Source: a virus (taxonomy: Duplodnaviria > Caudoviricetes). From it: a DNA stretch of 64,000 bases. The stretch's first letter is position 1; every line of letters begins with the position of its first letter. The notes beneath the pieces are model-generated. The model was not told where the DNA came from. It was given only the letters and a program-made list of their open reading frames with translations, and ran no database searches. The position numbers were made by a program, and so were the translations under genes. The stretch lies in the IMG/VR virus record IMGVR_UViG_3300027374_000001; one strand, 5' to 3'. Below, piece after piece: positions 9,299-19,493 of the stretch.

Positions 9299-10825
9299 TT
9301 AGTTTCGATTTCTTGACACTATCTCTCGTATTTTGTTTAGATTATCTTGTGAGTAATTTCCTCTTGATAGTTTAAGCATCGTATAAGTATTAATGATTGT
9401 ATCTCTCTTATGATTTACTGAGTTATTGAACTCACCATCATTCTTAGAGATATATGCAGCATTCCTTGGATTAAATACATCAGATGCTCTTTCTAAGAAT
9501 GCCTGATTGATTATCAGTAATACATTCAATACATCACCATCAAAATCAGCAGCCATCGGCTCAAGAATCTGCAGTGGTACTCCCATCGTATACCCGTCTG
9601 TCATCTTCACACAATACATTTGGAATATTGACCCATAAGATATCGTAGGATTACGATTTATAAGTAAAGGCAGACCTCTTTTGCTCTTATCGTTATCTAT
9701 CAATGATTGTATAATATTGGCCACGGTTTCATTTCTAGTAATGCAAGCCCTATACCAAAAATTATATGCATCATTATAATTCATAGAATATGACTTGTGC
9801 AGAATATTTATAATCCTTTGCTGCAATAATTCACATAGCGCAGAATACGGAAGAGACACCTCATCTATTCTAAGCATTGGGTCTCCTACTATAACATCTC
9901 TAGACGTGAAATTATACCTTCCCCCTATAAGAGTTCTGATAGCTCCCTTTTTCCCTGAAAGTATGGCTTCTATAGAAGTATAAAGCTCGTTAAACTTCAT
10001 CTGCAAATTGTACAGACATTGAAGTTTTGGTTTTTTCATTCTAAATAATTTTAGAGACTCGTTATTAATTTGTGTCTTCAACTTGTTAATCATCATATAT
10101 AAAGCATTAGTATCTTCATAATATAATGATTTAGCATCAAATTCAAATGGTCTTAGTAAAGAAGTAAAAACAGGAATTGAACTCGTAAATACATCTCTAC
10201 GATGTTCCATTATATCGTCATAGTATGCCATTTTCTGTTTCTTTTTATTAATGTAATGAAACATGATTTCATCGAATCTCTCTATGAAATTCATCATACC
10301 TATGGCAAAATATGGCTCGTCATCCGGAGCTTTTATTTCCATATCATGTCCGTCTTCGTCTTTTGTAGTATGCTCAACGTCAAGAATATTTTGTAAAGTT
10401 TCTGTTCCTATGATGAATTCTATGGACTTATAAAATGATGGATGAATAATTTGATATGGTTCTTTAAGGACTATCCAACCAGTATAATCAAAATTATCAT
10501 CGACATATTTTACTTTTGTTCCACACACTTTACATTTAACTCCATCGTTAATCTTATGTGTGGTAGCACCGCATTCACAGCGATATTTATTAGCAAACTG
10601 ATTTATATCTTTGAGAGTTTGCCCATACTTTGGACTAAATATAGAATTTGGATCTTTGATATCCTTTTTAATACCTTTAGTATCTGATACTAAAAATCCA
10701 TTGTTAGAAAGAATATCAAGTATTCTCTCATCATCAAAGTTAATTCTTGTCAGCTTAGTCTCATATCTGTACTCGTCTGAATGCGGATAAGTCAATTTAA
10801 TATTCATTTTTGCTTGACTATCCAT
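9299..10825 (-). CDS. phage multisubunit RNA polymerase beta'-like subunit (N-terminal/catalytic part), likely the non-virion enzyme
   Basis: Zn finger CECG...CKVC, LSGKKGAIR, GGRYNFTSRDVI, NRNPTI and catalytic AADFDGD; early-type promoter upstream. Confidence 0.92.
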   Translation of the reverse strand: MDSQAKMNIKLTYPHSDEYRYETKLTRINFDDERILDILSNNGFLVSDTKGIKKDIKDPNSIFSPKYGQTLKDINQFANKYRCECGATTHKINDGVKCKVCGTKVKYVDDNFDYTGWIVLKEPYQIIHPSFYKSIEFIIGTETLQNILDVEHTTKDEDGHDMEIKAPDDEPYFAIGMMNFIERFDEIMFHYINKKKQKMAYYDDIMEHRRDVFTSSIPVFTSLLRPFEFDAKSLYYEDTNALYMMINKLKTQINNESLKLFRMKKPKLQCLYNLQMKFNELYTSIEAILSGKKGAIRTLIGGRYNFTSRDVIVGDPMLRIDEVSLPYSALCELLQQRIINILHKSYSMNYNDAYNFWYRACITRNETVANIIQSLIDNDKSKRGLPLLINRNPTISYGSIFQMYCVKMTDGYTMGVPLQILEPMAADFDGDVLNVLLIINQAFLERASDVFNPRNAAYISKNDGEFNNSVNHKRDTIINTYTMLKLSRGNYSQDNLNKIREIVSRNRN

Positions 10826-10855
10826 TTTATCCTCCTGTGCTTCATTTTATTGTAT

Positions 10856-10872
10856 TTCATCGTTATAATATA
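10856..10872 (-). promoter_or_regulatory. early-type promoter TATATTATA-N4-TGAA
   Basis: Exact motif match upstream of the beta' gene. Confidence 0.7.
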
Positions 10873-10913
10873 CGATTATTGTTTAAGTTGCGATTTTTAT
10901 AAAAATAAAATAA

Positions 10914-10941
10914 GTGGAGCAGTCACAATCGACCGCTCCAC
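10914..10941 (-). terminator. intrinsic terminator
   Basis: GTGGAGC...GCTCCAC stem with a minus-strand T-tract. Confidence 0.75.
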
Positions 10942-10953
10942 GTTATTTAAGAC

Positions 10954-11586
10954 TTATCTAGAAATCAAATAGTCCTTGGGGATTTCAGCAAATTTACTAC
11001 CATTTTTTATATCATAAATGGTTTTTAAGCTAAATTCTCCTATAAAATTAGAATAAATCTGATTACAAGGCATTCCCTTTTCAAGCATAATACATACTGC
11101 TCTTACTGCCTCTTCTTTAGACATAAACCCACCATTACGTATGTCACAAAGAACTTTGATCTCAAATGAATTTTTCCATTCAAGATTCCACACATAATCA
11201 TTAGTTTCTACCCAATTTTTATGATGAACAAAAAATCTATTCAGATATTTGTCATAACCTGTTTTTGGAATAAATGCTCTAGCAACAAGACGAGCCACCA
11301 TTACTCTTTTAGAGCATCCATCAGTTGTTCTAAGCTGCACTGTATTATAACCAGTCGACTTCGTCTGATATGACATCTCTTGACCAGTCTTAAACGAAAG
11401 CACCCTTCCAAAAGAGGAAATCACATATGAATCGGGCTTTATATTTAGAAAATCGATTATATAAAATCTTTCTTTTACCCATTCTCCGTTTACCTTTTTC
11501 TTCTTAGTATCTCTTTTATTTATAGGGTTATAGTCATAAAAATTATTTGAATTTGGGGTTATATCTAAATGAAAATTCATATACAT
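10954..11586 (-). CDS. NUMOD4/HNH homing-endonuclease-like protein, probably degenerate
   Basis: YVISSFGRV, GYNTVQL, VARLVARAFIP and VHHKN...NLEW follow the I-HmuI/NUMOD4-HNH layout; distal catalytic residues look altered. Confidence 0.7.
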   Translation of the reverse strand: MYMNFHLDITPNSNNFYDYNPINKRDTKKKKVNGEWVKERFYIIDFLNIKPDSYVISSFGRVLSFKTGQEMSYQTKSTGYNTVQLRTTDGCSKRVMVARLVARAFIPKTGYDKYLNRFFVHHKNWVETNDYVWNLEWKNSFEIKVLCDIRNGGFMSKEEAVRAVCIMLEKGMPCNQIYSNFIGEFSLKTIYDIKNGSKFAEIPKDYLISR

Positions 11587-11603
11587 AATTCTAAATCCTC
11601 CAA

Positions 11604-12839
11604 TTAAAATATTTTATCTAAATCTACTTCCATAAACTCTTTTACTGAATTATGGAATGATTTCATAGATATATTTTTTAATGTAGATGGAATTTTTGGC
11701 GTAGCCGCCCCCACATTTTCTTTATGTAACCTATAAAATGAAGTTCCTAAACATTTACTACACTTTTCTCCATTTTTAGACTGGCATAAAGAAGCAAATC
11801 TAAAGTGCACAGTTTTGCCTATGTACTTATCCATATTTTGAGATGTAAGTTCTACTAACTTGTTTCCTTCCTTCATGTAGAAATACATATAGGAAAGGAT
11901 ATTCTTTTTATCTAGTTTTACTGTTATCGTATATGGAGTACCACAATCAGAACCCTCGGGTCCTGCATGAATATGCTGTAATGCATTTACAAACAATTTC
12001 TCTAAATGACCACCATTAGCCGTTTTAATGGCGCGGTTATATGGGCCTTCAGTAAGAGAAGCTGCAAACAAAGCATATTCCTCAGCAGATATGCCATCTA
12101 TAAGATTAGATGTAGCCACCTTATATGGAACTTTAGCATTAGGATTGGGGTCTTTGATTATTCCTTTCATAACAAACATGTTTTTGAAGTTATTATTAAA
12201 GCTTCCTCTAGCTCCAGAAAGGAACATATCCATAGATGGGTCATCTTTCATATACTCTCTGGCATACTCCAATAATTCTTTTTCCATCTTGGCTCCAACC
12301 AAATAGTCTCCAGCATCTAAGTCTTTCTTGTATTTTTTAAGCAATTCTCTCTTTTTGATATTAATTGCTCTAGTACAAGTAAGCATCTTATCTGTAAAAT
12401 TTGGAGATAAAATGCACACATAGTCCATGAATAACTGATACTTTAAATTGTATCGTTTAAATGCTTCTAGTTCTATTCTGTCTTCAGCCAAAGCATATGA
12501 TAATACTTGGTTCATATAATCGTATTCATCACCATTGATAGATTTATTTATATAACCAAATATATCAAAAAAGTCTTGTTCTATAAAATATTTATTAAAA
12601 ATCCATATACCGACAGTAGTGGTAAATTTATTTTTATTTCTCTTACCTTCGGGTCCATAAGAACCAGCAGGAATTTCTATTATATCATATGGGTTAAACC
12701 TTGTTCTACCATTGAACTCTCCAAATGTTTCCATTATAGTAGTTCTAGTATATTCGTGGAGACTATCTCCAATATTTAGTAAAAATTCAACATCTGTTGG
12801 TTTTGTAATGGTAGATGATTTTCTTTTGTCACTGCTCAA
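11604..12839 (-). CDS. phage RNA polymerase beta'-like subunit (C-terminal part), likely the virion enzyme
   Basis: SGARGS, bridge-helix-like KTANGGHLEK, DCGT, Zn site C..CSKCLG and SMKSFH. Likely TTG start at 12839 behind AGGAGG; late-type AACT-N6-TA at 12867-12878. Confidence 0.88.
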   Translation of the reverse strand: MSSDKRKSSTITKPTDVEFLLNIGDSLHEYTRTTIMETFGEFNGRTRFNPYDIIEIPAGSYGPEGKRNKNKFTTTVGIWIFNKYFIEQDFFDIFGYINKSINGDEYDYMNQVLSYALAEDRIELEAFKRYNLKYQLFMDYVCILSPNFTDKMLTCTRAINIKKRELLKKYKKDLDAGDYLVGAKMEKELLEYAREYMKDDPSMDMFLSGARGSFNNNFKNMFVMKGIIKDPNPNAKVPYKVATSNLIDGISAEEYALFAASLTEGPYNRAIKTANGGHLEKLFVNALQHIHAGPEGSDCGTPYTITVKLDKKNILSYMYFYMKEGNKLVELTSQNMDKYIGKTVHFRFASLCQSKNGEKCSKCLGTSFYRLHKENVGAATPKIPSTLKNISMKSFHNSVKEFMEVDLDKIF

Positions 12840-12895
12840 TTCCCTAAACCTCCTTTCGTGCATCCTTATTAATAAGTTGAAGACAAAAAATAAAA

Positions 12896-12921
12896 CCTGT
12901 GCCGAATTGCTCCGGCACAGG
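12896..12921 (-). terminator. intrinsic terminator
   Basis: CCTGTGCCG...CGGCACAGG stem plus TTTTATTTTTTGTC on the minus strand. Confidence 0.8.
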
Positions 12922-12926
12922 ACAGT

Positions 12927-13328
12927 TTATTTAATTTTCTGATTATTTATATACATTTCCATTCCTTGTTCTGGAAAAGCTCCTATAATCATGTCGACTA
13001 CATCGTCTTCAGATAGTATTATCTCATAATCTTCCGAGCAGAATTGACATTCGTAGTTGACTTCTGGGTCTGGATAAGCATTACCGTCATTATATGCAAA
13101 ATGGGTATTAGGAATCTTATTAATGTCCCCACACCTTTCGCATACGAATTCTAAGGTACCAGTATCATTTTCATCCATATCAGATACAGTATCTATGGCA
13201 TCGAATGTCTGAATAAACTCGGTGTCACTTTTTCTTAAGAGTATCATAGAGAATTGATTATCCGAATTGAGGTTGCAGATAACCGCACTCTCGATATCCT
13301 CTACATTTAAATTGATTTCTTTTTCCAT
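12927..13328 (-). CDS. acidic zinc-ribbon protein (133 aa)
   Basis: CERC and CQFC pairs; AGGAGGAG SD. Confidence 0.7.
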   Translation of the reverse strand: MEKEINLNVEDIESAVICNLNSDNQFSMILLRKSDTEFIQTFDAIDTVSDMDENDTGTLEFVCERCGDINKIPNTHFAYNDGNAYPDPEVNYECQFCSEDYEIILSEDDVVDMIIGAFPEQGMEMYINNQKIK

Positions 13329-13397
13329 TAGTATCTCCTCCTATACGTTTAGTATATCTTTCTTTTAATAAAGTTGTTTAGATAAACATTTTTTAAT

Positions 13398-13826
13398 TTA
13401 AACTCTGCAGCTGATATTAAAATACTCCTTAACTTTATCTATATTTAAGATCTTTCTTTTTACTTGAAGATCTAAGGTTTTTGTTAGTTTTTCGCTATCA
13501 TGCCAACCTTTAATTGCTCTCATGTATATTACGTCGCATTCATCCGTCTTTATATCAAATTTTACCAACATAATCATATTTATAGGAGTAATTGTATTAA
13601 ATTTTACTACAGCTTCAAACGTAACATAATCGTCTCCTAAATCATACACTGTATCTATTACTGAAATGGGTAATTTTCTTCCGTTTGTAAATTCTACATA
13701 ATGATCGCTTTTAAAATCAGCGGTTTCAAAATATTTAAAGTTTTCAGGTTTCAAATATTGATCTTTTTCCATAACATCTGGAAAGTGACCAATCATTAGA
13801 GCCAATTTCATTCCATTATAAATCAT
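13398..13826 (-). CDS. hypothetical protein (142 aa), paralog of the adjacent gene
   Basis: N-terminus MIYNGMKLALMIGHFPD is similar to the neighbour's MLYNGMKLGFLIGEMPD. Confidence 0.75.
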   Translation of the reverse strand: MIYNGMKLALMIGHFPDVMEKDQYLKPENFKYFETADFKSDHYVEFTNGRKLPISVIDTVYDLGDDYVTFEAVVKFNTITPINMIMLVKFDIKTDECDVIYMRAIKGWHDSEKLTKTLDLQVKRKILNIDKVKEYFNISCRV

Positions 13827-14742
13827 CTGTATTTGCTCCTTTTATTTTGATTTCTGAGGTTAATACTAAATCAATGCTTTTTGCATTATGCGCTAGTTGT
13901 TCAGTTGCAAAATATTTAATTTTTACAATTTCAAACTTATCAGAATTCTCTTTATTTTTAAAAATAATTACTCCATTGCACGTGTCTATCGAGTTATCAA
14001 AAATTTTATTATCAAATTTAGCATGATACGTTATTTCCTTATTGTGAGGATCAACATTACGTTCACAGTCAATAACAACAATGGATTTACCATTTTCCAT
14101 ATCTATTATTTTAGAACCACTACATAATACAGAATCGATATCATCAGTATATTCATAATATTGATCTGTATCCAGATCCGTTTCTGGTGATATTTTAGGA
14201 TTACGTATTAGTCCCATATAATAATTTTCATGGTCTGTAATAAGATTTTCATCCATCTTTACAGTTTCAGTTATATTCTCACTAATCTCCGATTCATTTT
14301 CTATATATTTTACCACTTTGGTATCATTATTAGAATAATCTTCAATAATAGAACGCATTTGTTCATAACTTGGAACAATAAATTCACTTCTCGGAATTTT
14401 CATGCCAAAGATGTATTCACCTTTACTGATATTCAGCTTTTCAACATTTTTAGTTACACCTAACACGGTTGGATCTCCATACAAATCAATTCCAATAAGT
14501 ACCAAAACATTCACAACACTATCTTCAGTAACAAGCACCATGGTTTCAGAAATTATATCATCTTCACCATTATCATATATACTAGTTACCGAAGAAATTG
14601 GTATTTCAACTTGGTCGTTATAAATAACTTCTTCATAAATAAAGTTTGCAGGTTTTAATTGTTTTACCAAAGGTTCCCCTTCATTTATATGATCCGGCAT
14701 CTCTCCAATTAAAAATCCTAATTTCATCCCATTATAAAGCAT
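13816..14742 (-). CDS. hypothetical protein (308 aa), early-type promoter
   Basis: AGGAGG SD; promoter motif at 14772-14788. Confidence 0.75.
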   Translation of the reverse strand: MLYNGMKLGFLIGEMPDHINEGEPLVKQLKPANFIYEEVIYNDQVEIPISSVTSIYDNGEDDIISETMVLVTEDSVVNVLVLIGIDLYGDPTVLGVTKNVEKLNISKGEYIFGMKIPRSEFIVPSYEQMRSIIEDYSNNDTKVVKYIENESEISENITETVKMDENLITDHENYYMGLIRNPKISPETDLDTDQYYEYTDDIDSVLCSGSKIIDMENGKSIVVIDCERNVDPHNKEITYHAKFDNKIFDNSIDTCNGVIIFKNKENSDKFEIVKIKYFATEQLAHNAKSIDLVLTSEIKIKGANTDDL

Positions 14743-14771
14743 ATTAATTTCCTCCTATTGTATAAAATTTA

Positions 14772-14788
14772 TTCATTAATATAATATA
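14772..14788 (-). promoter_or_regulatory. early-type promoter TATATTATA-N4-TGAA
   Basis: Exact motif match. Confidence 0.7.
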
Positions 14789-14809
14789 TAATCTAAAATA
14801 AAAAAGAAC

Positions 14810-14835
14810 CCGGTAGGAGAATTACCTCCTACCGG
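14810..14835 (-). terminator. intrinsic terminator
   Basis: CCGGTAGGAG...CTCCTACCGG stem with a minus-strand T-tract. Confidence 0.8.
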
Positions 14836-14842
14836 TATAGTT

Positions 14843-15658
14843 TTAATAATAAATATGATAAGTTATGTCAATTCCCTTTGTAAGATCAATAAGGGATTCA
14901 TTCGGAAAGTTCAATTTAGTAAGTGGGCGAACTCCTTGATAGTATGTATACCCATCAATAACCACAGGGACTCCAGTAAGAAGAGAAATAGTATTAATCT
15001 TAGCATCGTTAATTCCTGTAGTTTTATCAAAGAATTCTCTACAATCATCTTTAGTAATTGTAAGCTTTAACTCTACGAATGTCTCCGCTTCACTCATGCT
15101 CTTATGACTAAGATAAATATTTTCATCTATTGGCGTACCATCAATGTATTGCACATTAAGAGTGGGCTCGGTCTCAAAGGCCTTAAAGTAATATGCAATA
15201 ACATCAGTTCCAAGTAATTTCTTTCTACCAAAATATCTTTCTCTCATTGCTGGGGAGAGGTCATTATCATCGAAGACGTATCTAAATGGAACTAAAGACT
15301 CCGGGCGAATCCATTTAGTATAATCTACATCAAACACTTGTGAAGACTCTGGTCCACATCCATCCGTTCCAACACAAAACAGGACAACCTTAGCACTCAA
15401 TTCTTGGGCATCACTTAATGCCTGAATTCCATCTAATCCTAATGCAGTATTATATGTAGGCAGCTTAACAGGTGGAACAATTCCAAAATGCTTACTAGCG
15501 GTATATATAGAGCCAGGAATTATAACCTTATTAGAACCCCTGAATAATTCTACATCAGTTCCGTGCACTTTTATAACTATATCTGTCTTCCTTATGATTG
15601 CATTATCATACGCTCTTGCTTTCTCTCCTCTATCAAATAGATTCAACTGTTTATTCAT
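14843..15658 (-). CDS. putative virion structural (baseplate/tail-associated) protein, 271 aa
   Basis: AGGAGG SD; AACA element upstream; beta-rich. Function inferred from context. Confidence 0.55.
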   Translation of the reverse strand: MNKQLNLFDRGEKARAYDNAIIRKTDIVIKVHGTDVELFRGSNKVIIPGSIYTASKHFGIVPPVKLPTYNTALGLDGIQALSDAQELSAKVVLFCVGTDGCGPESSQVFDVDYTKWIRPESLVPFRYVFDDNDLSPAMRERYFGRKKLLGTDVIAYYFKAFETEPTLNVQYIDGTPIDENIYLSHKSMSEAETFVELKLTITKDDCREFFDKTTGINDAKINTISLLTGVPVVIDGYTYYQGVRPLTKLNFPNESLIDLTKGIDITYHIYY

Positions 15659-15704
15659 GTCTATTATTCCTCCTATTTAATCAATTACTTATAATGTTTC
15701 GGAT

Positions 15705-18251
15705 TTAAACTACTTCGCGATAGCACATATCCTCTAACCCCGCTCTTTCTTTAAACACTAAATGAACGTTGGTGTCTACAATATGATCGTCTACCTTAAC
15801 GACATCGTTCCAATCATACAAATGACTATATTCATAGATTCCATCCCATTTCAGATTAGCCCATTCTTTTAGAATCATGCTAACAATAGACTCTACTATT
15901 TCATCCCAATACTCCATATAGTCCTTGAAGATCTTTTGAACCCAATAGGTGATATCTGTATACATTTTCTCTCTAGGAATTATACGTTCTGTTGGATGAA
16001 GATATACATTAAGGGCATTAATAAAGTCATCCATATAAACCATATCTGTCTTCAAGAAATTATATCTAAACTTTATTTCATCTATAATCTTAATCCAGTT
16101 TCCAAGCCTATCGTCTAATTTATAAATGACATTAGTATTTAATACATCTACTTTATATGACTTAAAGAAGTTAATTACTTTATACATATAAACCCTAATG
16201 AAATCTAAGGATATTGTAGGTATATTTTGAAAGATGTAATTGAATTCTTCTCTGTCTAAGTATATATATACATTTTCAACAATGTCATTTATATATCTAG
16301 TAATTTTCAGCCTTTTATCAGTTTCTTTTAAAGTTCCACGTACATCTTCTATTACACTATAAAGAGTAGATCCTTTAAGTTCAAGGTAATCAGAATATCT
16401 TTTAGGAACTTTTCCGTTTAATTTTCTAAAATAGTCATAATTGCATTTTGTCACCATAAGAGAATTATAAATCTTATAGTATATATCGTATATCTTCTTA
16501 TTATCAGCTTTTCTTATCTGATGAACTAAATGATCATGCACATTTTTATTCTTAAGATAAACGGTTATGAGCTGATCCCATGTAAATATTCCATTCTTAG
16601 GTATCTGAAATTCATCAAACCCCATATCTTTAGCAGTAAACCCTTGCTCTTCTACATAAGAAGACAGCACACTCATATCAGTTTCAAAATTAAATCCCAT
16701 CACAGCCAAATACTGTATCGGGTCGTACATAATATCATCTTCATATCCATTATACAAATACATTAATGAATATAAGCATATCAATACGTCTATAAATGGA
16801 AACTTAGCTGTGGATGATATTTCTGGAATTTCCATTACTACTTTAGAATTATCTATCTTTCCATTAAATAATACCATATTTATAAAATAGCATAATTGAA
16901 AAGATAACTCTGTTAATGAATAAACTGTATCTATAGAAATATACTTGGTAATTACAATATTAAACTCTCGTTTTAAAATCTGCTGCTTAACCCATTCTGC
17001 AGTGTGAACGCCATTCCAATATTGATCCTGATATACTATATCATCATAATCATGATAGTTCATTCTATCTCTTATCATATCATCTGCACATTTATCAAAA
17101 GGAACCTTAAGAAACTTTAATTCGTAGTTATTATCGTAGTCCGGAATGTCCTCTCCAGTCTTCGGATCTTCTATAGTATCTTTACGATAAGAACCGTCCT
17201 CATTCATTATGGGTATTCTGAGAAGGTAATACTTAAATAGCTTTACATCATCAAATCCAAACAGAGATGCAATATCGACTAAATTCTTATCACACGATTT
17301 AAATTTGATAAGTCTATTTAAATTCTTTACTAATCTCTTTTGATACTTCAATGGTATTTCTGGAAAGAACTCACACCCTTGAGATTCAAATACATATTGA
17401 ATCGTGCGAAGGTCAAACAATTCTCTTCTAATTATATATTCCGGTGCAAGCGTTATCATATCAGCAAAAGATTGAAAGATTATCATAACCGCTATGAAAT
17501 TATCATAATACTGAGATGCATATTTATATGCCTCAGAATACACAGTTTTCAAAAAATAAACTCTATTTCGTTCTAGAGTTTCTAAAAACTTATTATGCAC
17601 TTCAGAAGACTCAGATGATGTTAGATATAGAACACTAAAATTATTCATCCTTCTAGCAACATACGGGTCTATTTTCTTATCACCTAAAAACTCAAGGTAC
17701 TTATCATTAGGATGCTCTTCTTTTATAATATCTAAAACTCCAAATACTTTTAATAGATTTATCTCTTCAGCATTCATTTCATGAATATATTTCCCTCCAT
17801 CAAAATCAATAACCTCTATCATGTTAAATTGAGAGTCTGTTAATTTAATACCTTCATTCCCGATATTTGGCATACCATTAAGCATTCTATAATAATTATT
17901 CAATTCTTCATACTCATGTAAGAATTTTTTCTTTACTAAGTCATGGAGTAGTTCATGGGCAGATTCTGGAATCAGCTTGTTATTTTTGGCCATTTGAACT
18001 TTTTGTCTTGTAGTTAAATACGGAACCTGGTTCAATAGATCTAATCCATATTCGTACCATTCAAACTTACTTTTCCCTTCAATGATATCCGCATATCTAT
18101 CGGCTTGTTTTATCGTTTCTACGGTTTCATATTTAAGAGCCTCAGACTCCATTTTTAGAATAACCCCTTCTTTAATCATAGTTTGGCATTCATAAACTAC
18201 TTGATCTATTAGAGGATTATCAGTAACTTGTTTTCTCACATCGTTACTCAT
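15705..18251 (-). CDS. putative virion structural (baseplate-associated) protein, 848 aa
   Basis: Long ORF with AGGAGG SD. Function inferred from context. Confidence 0.55.
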   Translation of the reverse strand: MSNDVRKQVTDNPLIDQVVYECQTMIKEGVILKMESEALKYETVETIKQADRYADIIEGKSKFEWYEYGLDLLNQVPYLTTRQKVQMAKNNKLIPESAHELLHDLVKKKFLHEYEELNNYYRMLNGMPNIGNEGIKLTDSQFNMIEVIDFDGGKYIHEMNAEEINLLKVFGVLDIIKEEHPNDKYLEFLGDKKIDPYVARRMNNFSVLYLTSSESSEVHNKFLETLERNRVYFLKTVYSEAYKYASQYYDNFIAVMIIFQSFADMITLAPEYIIRRELFDLRTIQYVFESQGCEFFPEIPLKYQKRLVKNLNRLIKFKSCDKNLVDIASLFGFDDVKLFKYYLLRIPIMNEDGSYRKDTIEDPKTGEDIPDYDNNYELKFLKVPFDKCADDMIRDRMNYHDYDDIVYQDQYWNGVHTAEWVKQQILKREFNIVITKYISIDTVYSLTELSFQLCYFINMVLFNGKIDNSKVVMEIPEISSTAKFPFIDVLICLYSLMYLYNGYEDDIMYDPIQYLAVMGFNFETDMSVLSSYVEEQGFTAKDMGFDEFQIPKNGIFTWDQLITVYLKNKNVHDHLVHQIRKADNKKIYDIYYKIYNSLMVTKCNYDYFRKLNGKVPKRYSDYLELKGSTLYSVIEDVRGTLKETDKRLKITRYINDIVENVYIYLDREEFNYIFQNIPTISLDFIRVYMYKVINFFKSYKVDVLNTNVIYKLDDRLGNWIKIIDEIKFRYNFLKTDMVYMDDFINALNVYLHPTERIIPREKMYTDITYWVQKIFKDYMEYWDEIVESIVSMILKEWANLKWDGIYEYSHLYDWNDVVKVDDHIVDTNVHLVFKERAGLEDMCYREVV

Positions 18252-18351
18252 ACGACTCGACCTCCTGTAACAATTTAATTAAATGTAATACTCATTAATA
18301 ACGCAATACGAGAACTTTAAATTAAAGTCTTTTTATGAAAGGAGAATTGCA

Positions 18352-19098
18352 ATGGTTGTGAACGGAACAATGCCCGGAATAGACATAGAATATAATATGG
18401 ACTCAAATCCATGCATCTATTCGCCAAATGCTCAATATGGAATATATTTTAGACAATTTCCAGATACGCTAATAGATGTAGAACTATATAAGGCATTCAT
18501 AGATAATGTCATAAGTAGATTTAGACATTCTAAAACATATAAAAATTACAAATCTTATTTAATGGAATTAGGTATGACGAGGTGTCAAATTTTAGGAAAT
18601 ATAGATAGTGCACAAGAAATGGCAGAAGTCGAAATGCATCATAACTTTCTAACTATATTTGATATTGCTATCCTTATAACTGAGCATCTCGTTAATACTG
18701 TAGGAACAGTAAACACCTTTCAGGTTGTCCATCTATTAAAAGAAGAGCACAAGGCGAATAGAATACCAATAGTAATGCTATCTAAAACAATACATCAGTT
18801 ATATCATTCAAATGACGATTTTGTTATACCTGCTCAGTATTGTTTTGGTTATTGGCAAGATCTACTTATAAGATATCAAAAAGGAATTACAAAGGATATA
18901 GCGTATAAGTGTCTGAATTTTATACAAAAAAGTTTAGAATATCAACAAATATCAGATAATATAATTCCATTTGGTATATTGCAATTAAGAGAAAAAATAA
19001 TGGATTGGAGTGGATTAAATGACGGATTTAAGCATACTTATCCTATCAGTGGGATTAGTACTAATATGTATAATATTAGCAATACTATGGTTAGTTAA
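18352..19098 (+). CDS. HNH-like His-rich protein (248 aa)
   Basis: C...EMHH...LSKTIHQLYH pattern; paralog of 28905-29720; AACT-N6-TA at 18313-18324. Confidence 0.6.
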   Translation: MVVNGTMPGIDIEYNMDSNPCIYSPNAQYGIYFRQFPDTLIDVELYKAFIDNVISRFRHSKTYKNYKSYLMELGMTRCQILGNIDSAQEMAEVEMHHNFLTIFDIAILITEHLVNTVGTVNTFQVVHLLKEEHKANRIPIVMLSKTIHQLYHSNDDFVIPAQYCFGYWQDLLIRYQKGITKDIAYKCLNFIQKSLEYQQISDNIIPFGILQLREKIMDWSGLNDGFKHTYPISGISTNMYNISNTMVS

Positions 19099-19483
19099 TA
19101 AATATATAAAATACAAGTATTCTGAATTAAAACTTAAAGAACGAAAATTGCTATATAAGCATATTACTTCGGAAAAAGATTTTGGGGTTTTAAATGATCT
19201 CATAATAGAGGCGATACAAGAATATCAAATATTTAAACTTGAAACTGATAAGTACGCATATGTGACTCCAAAGGTTCAAAAAGATATGTTTAGTTATGTA
19301 GTGAGAAAAGTTTTATATAGAATATCTCCTACGTATAAAGAACAGTTAGAATTTATGTATAATAAAGAGAACTTTGACGAGATCATAACAAATAAAATTA
19401 ATATAGCAATTATAGACTTTAGTATAGAATTTAATTCAAATATTAATACTGAAGAGCAAAAAAATAAAAGGGATAACCTCTAA
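19019..19483 (+). CDS. hypothetical membrane protein (154 aa)
   Basis: Strong N-terminal transmembrane helix followed by lysines; GGAG SD. Confidence 0.7.
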   Translation: MTDLSILILSVGLVLICIILAILWLVNKYIKYKYSELKLKERKLLYKHITSEKDFGVLNDLIIEAIQEYQIFKLETDKYAYVTPKVQKDMFSYVVRKVLYRISPTYKEQLEFMYNKENFDEIITNKINIAIIDFSIEFNSNINTEEQKNKRDNL

Positions 19484-19493
19484 GGTTATCCCT
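19469..19493. terminator. bidirectional terminator
   Basis: AGGGATAACCT-CTA-AGGTTATCCCT between convergent genes. Confidence 0.75.
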
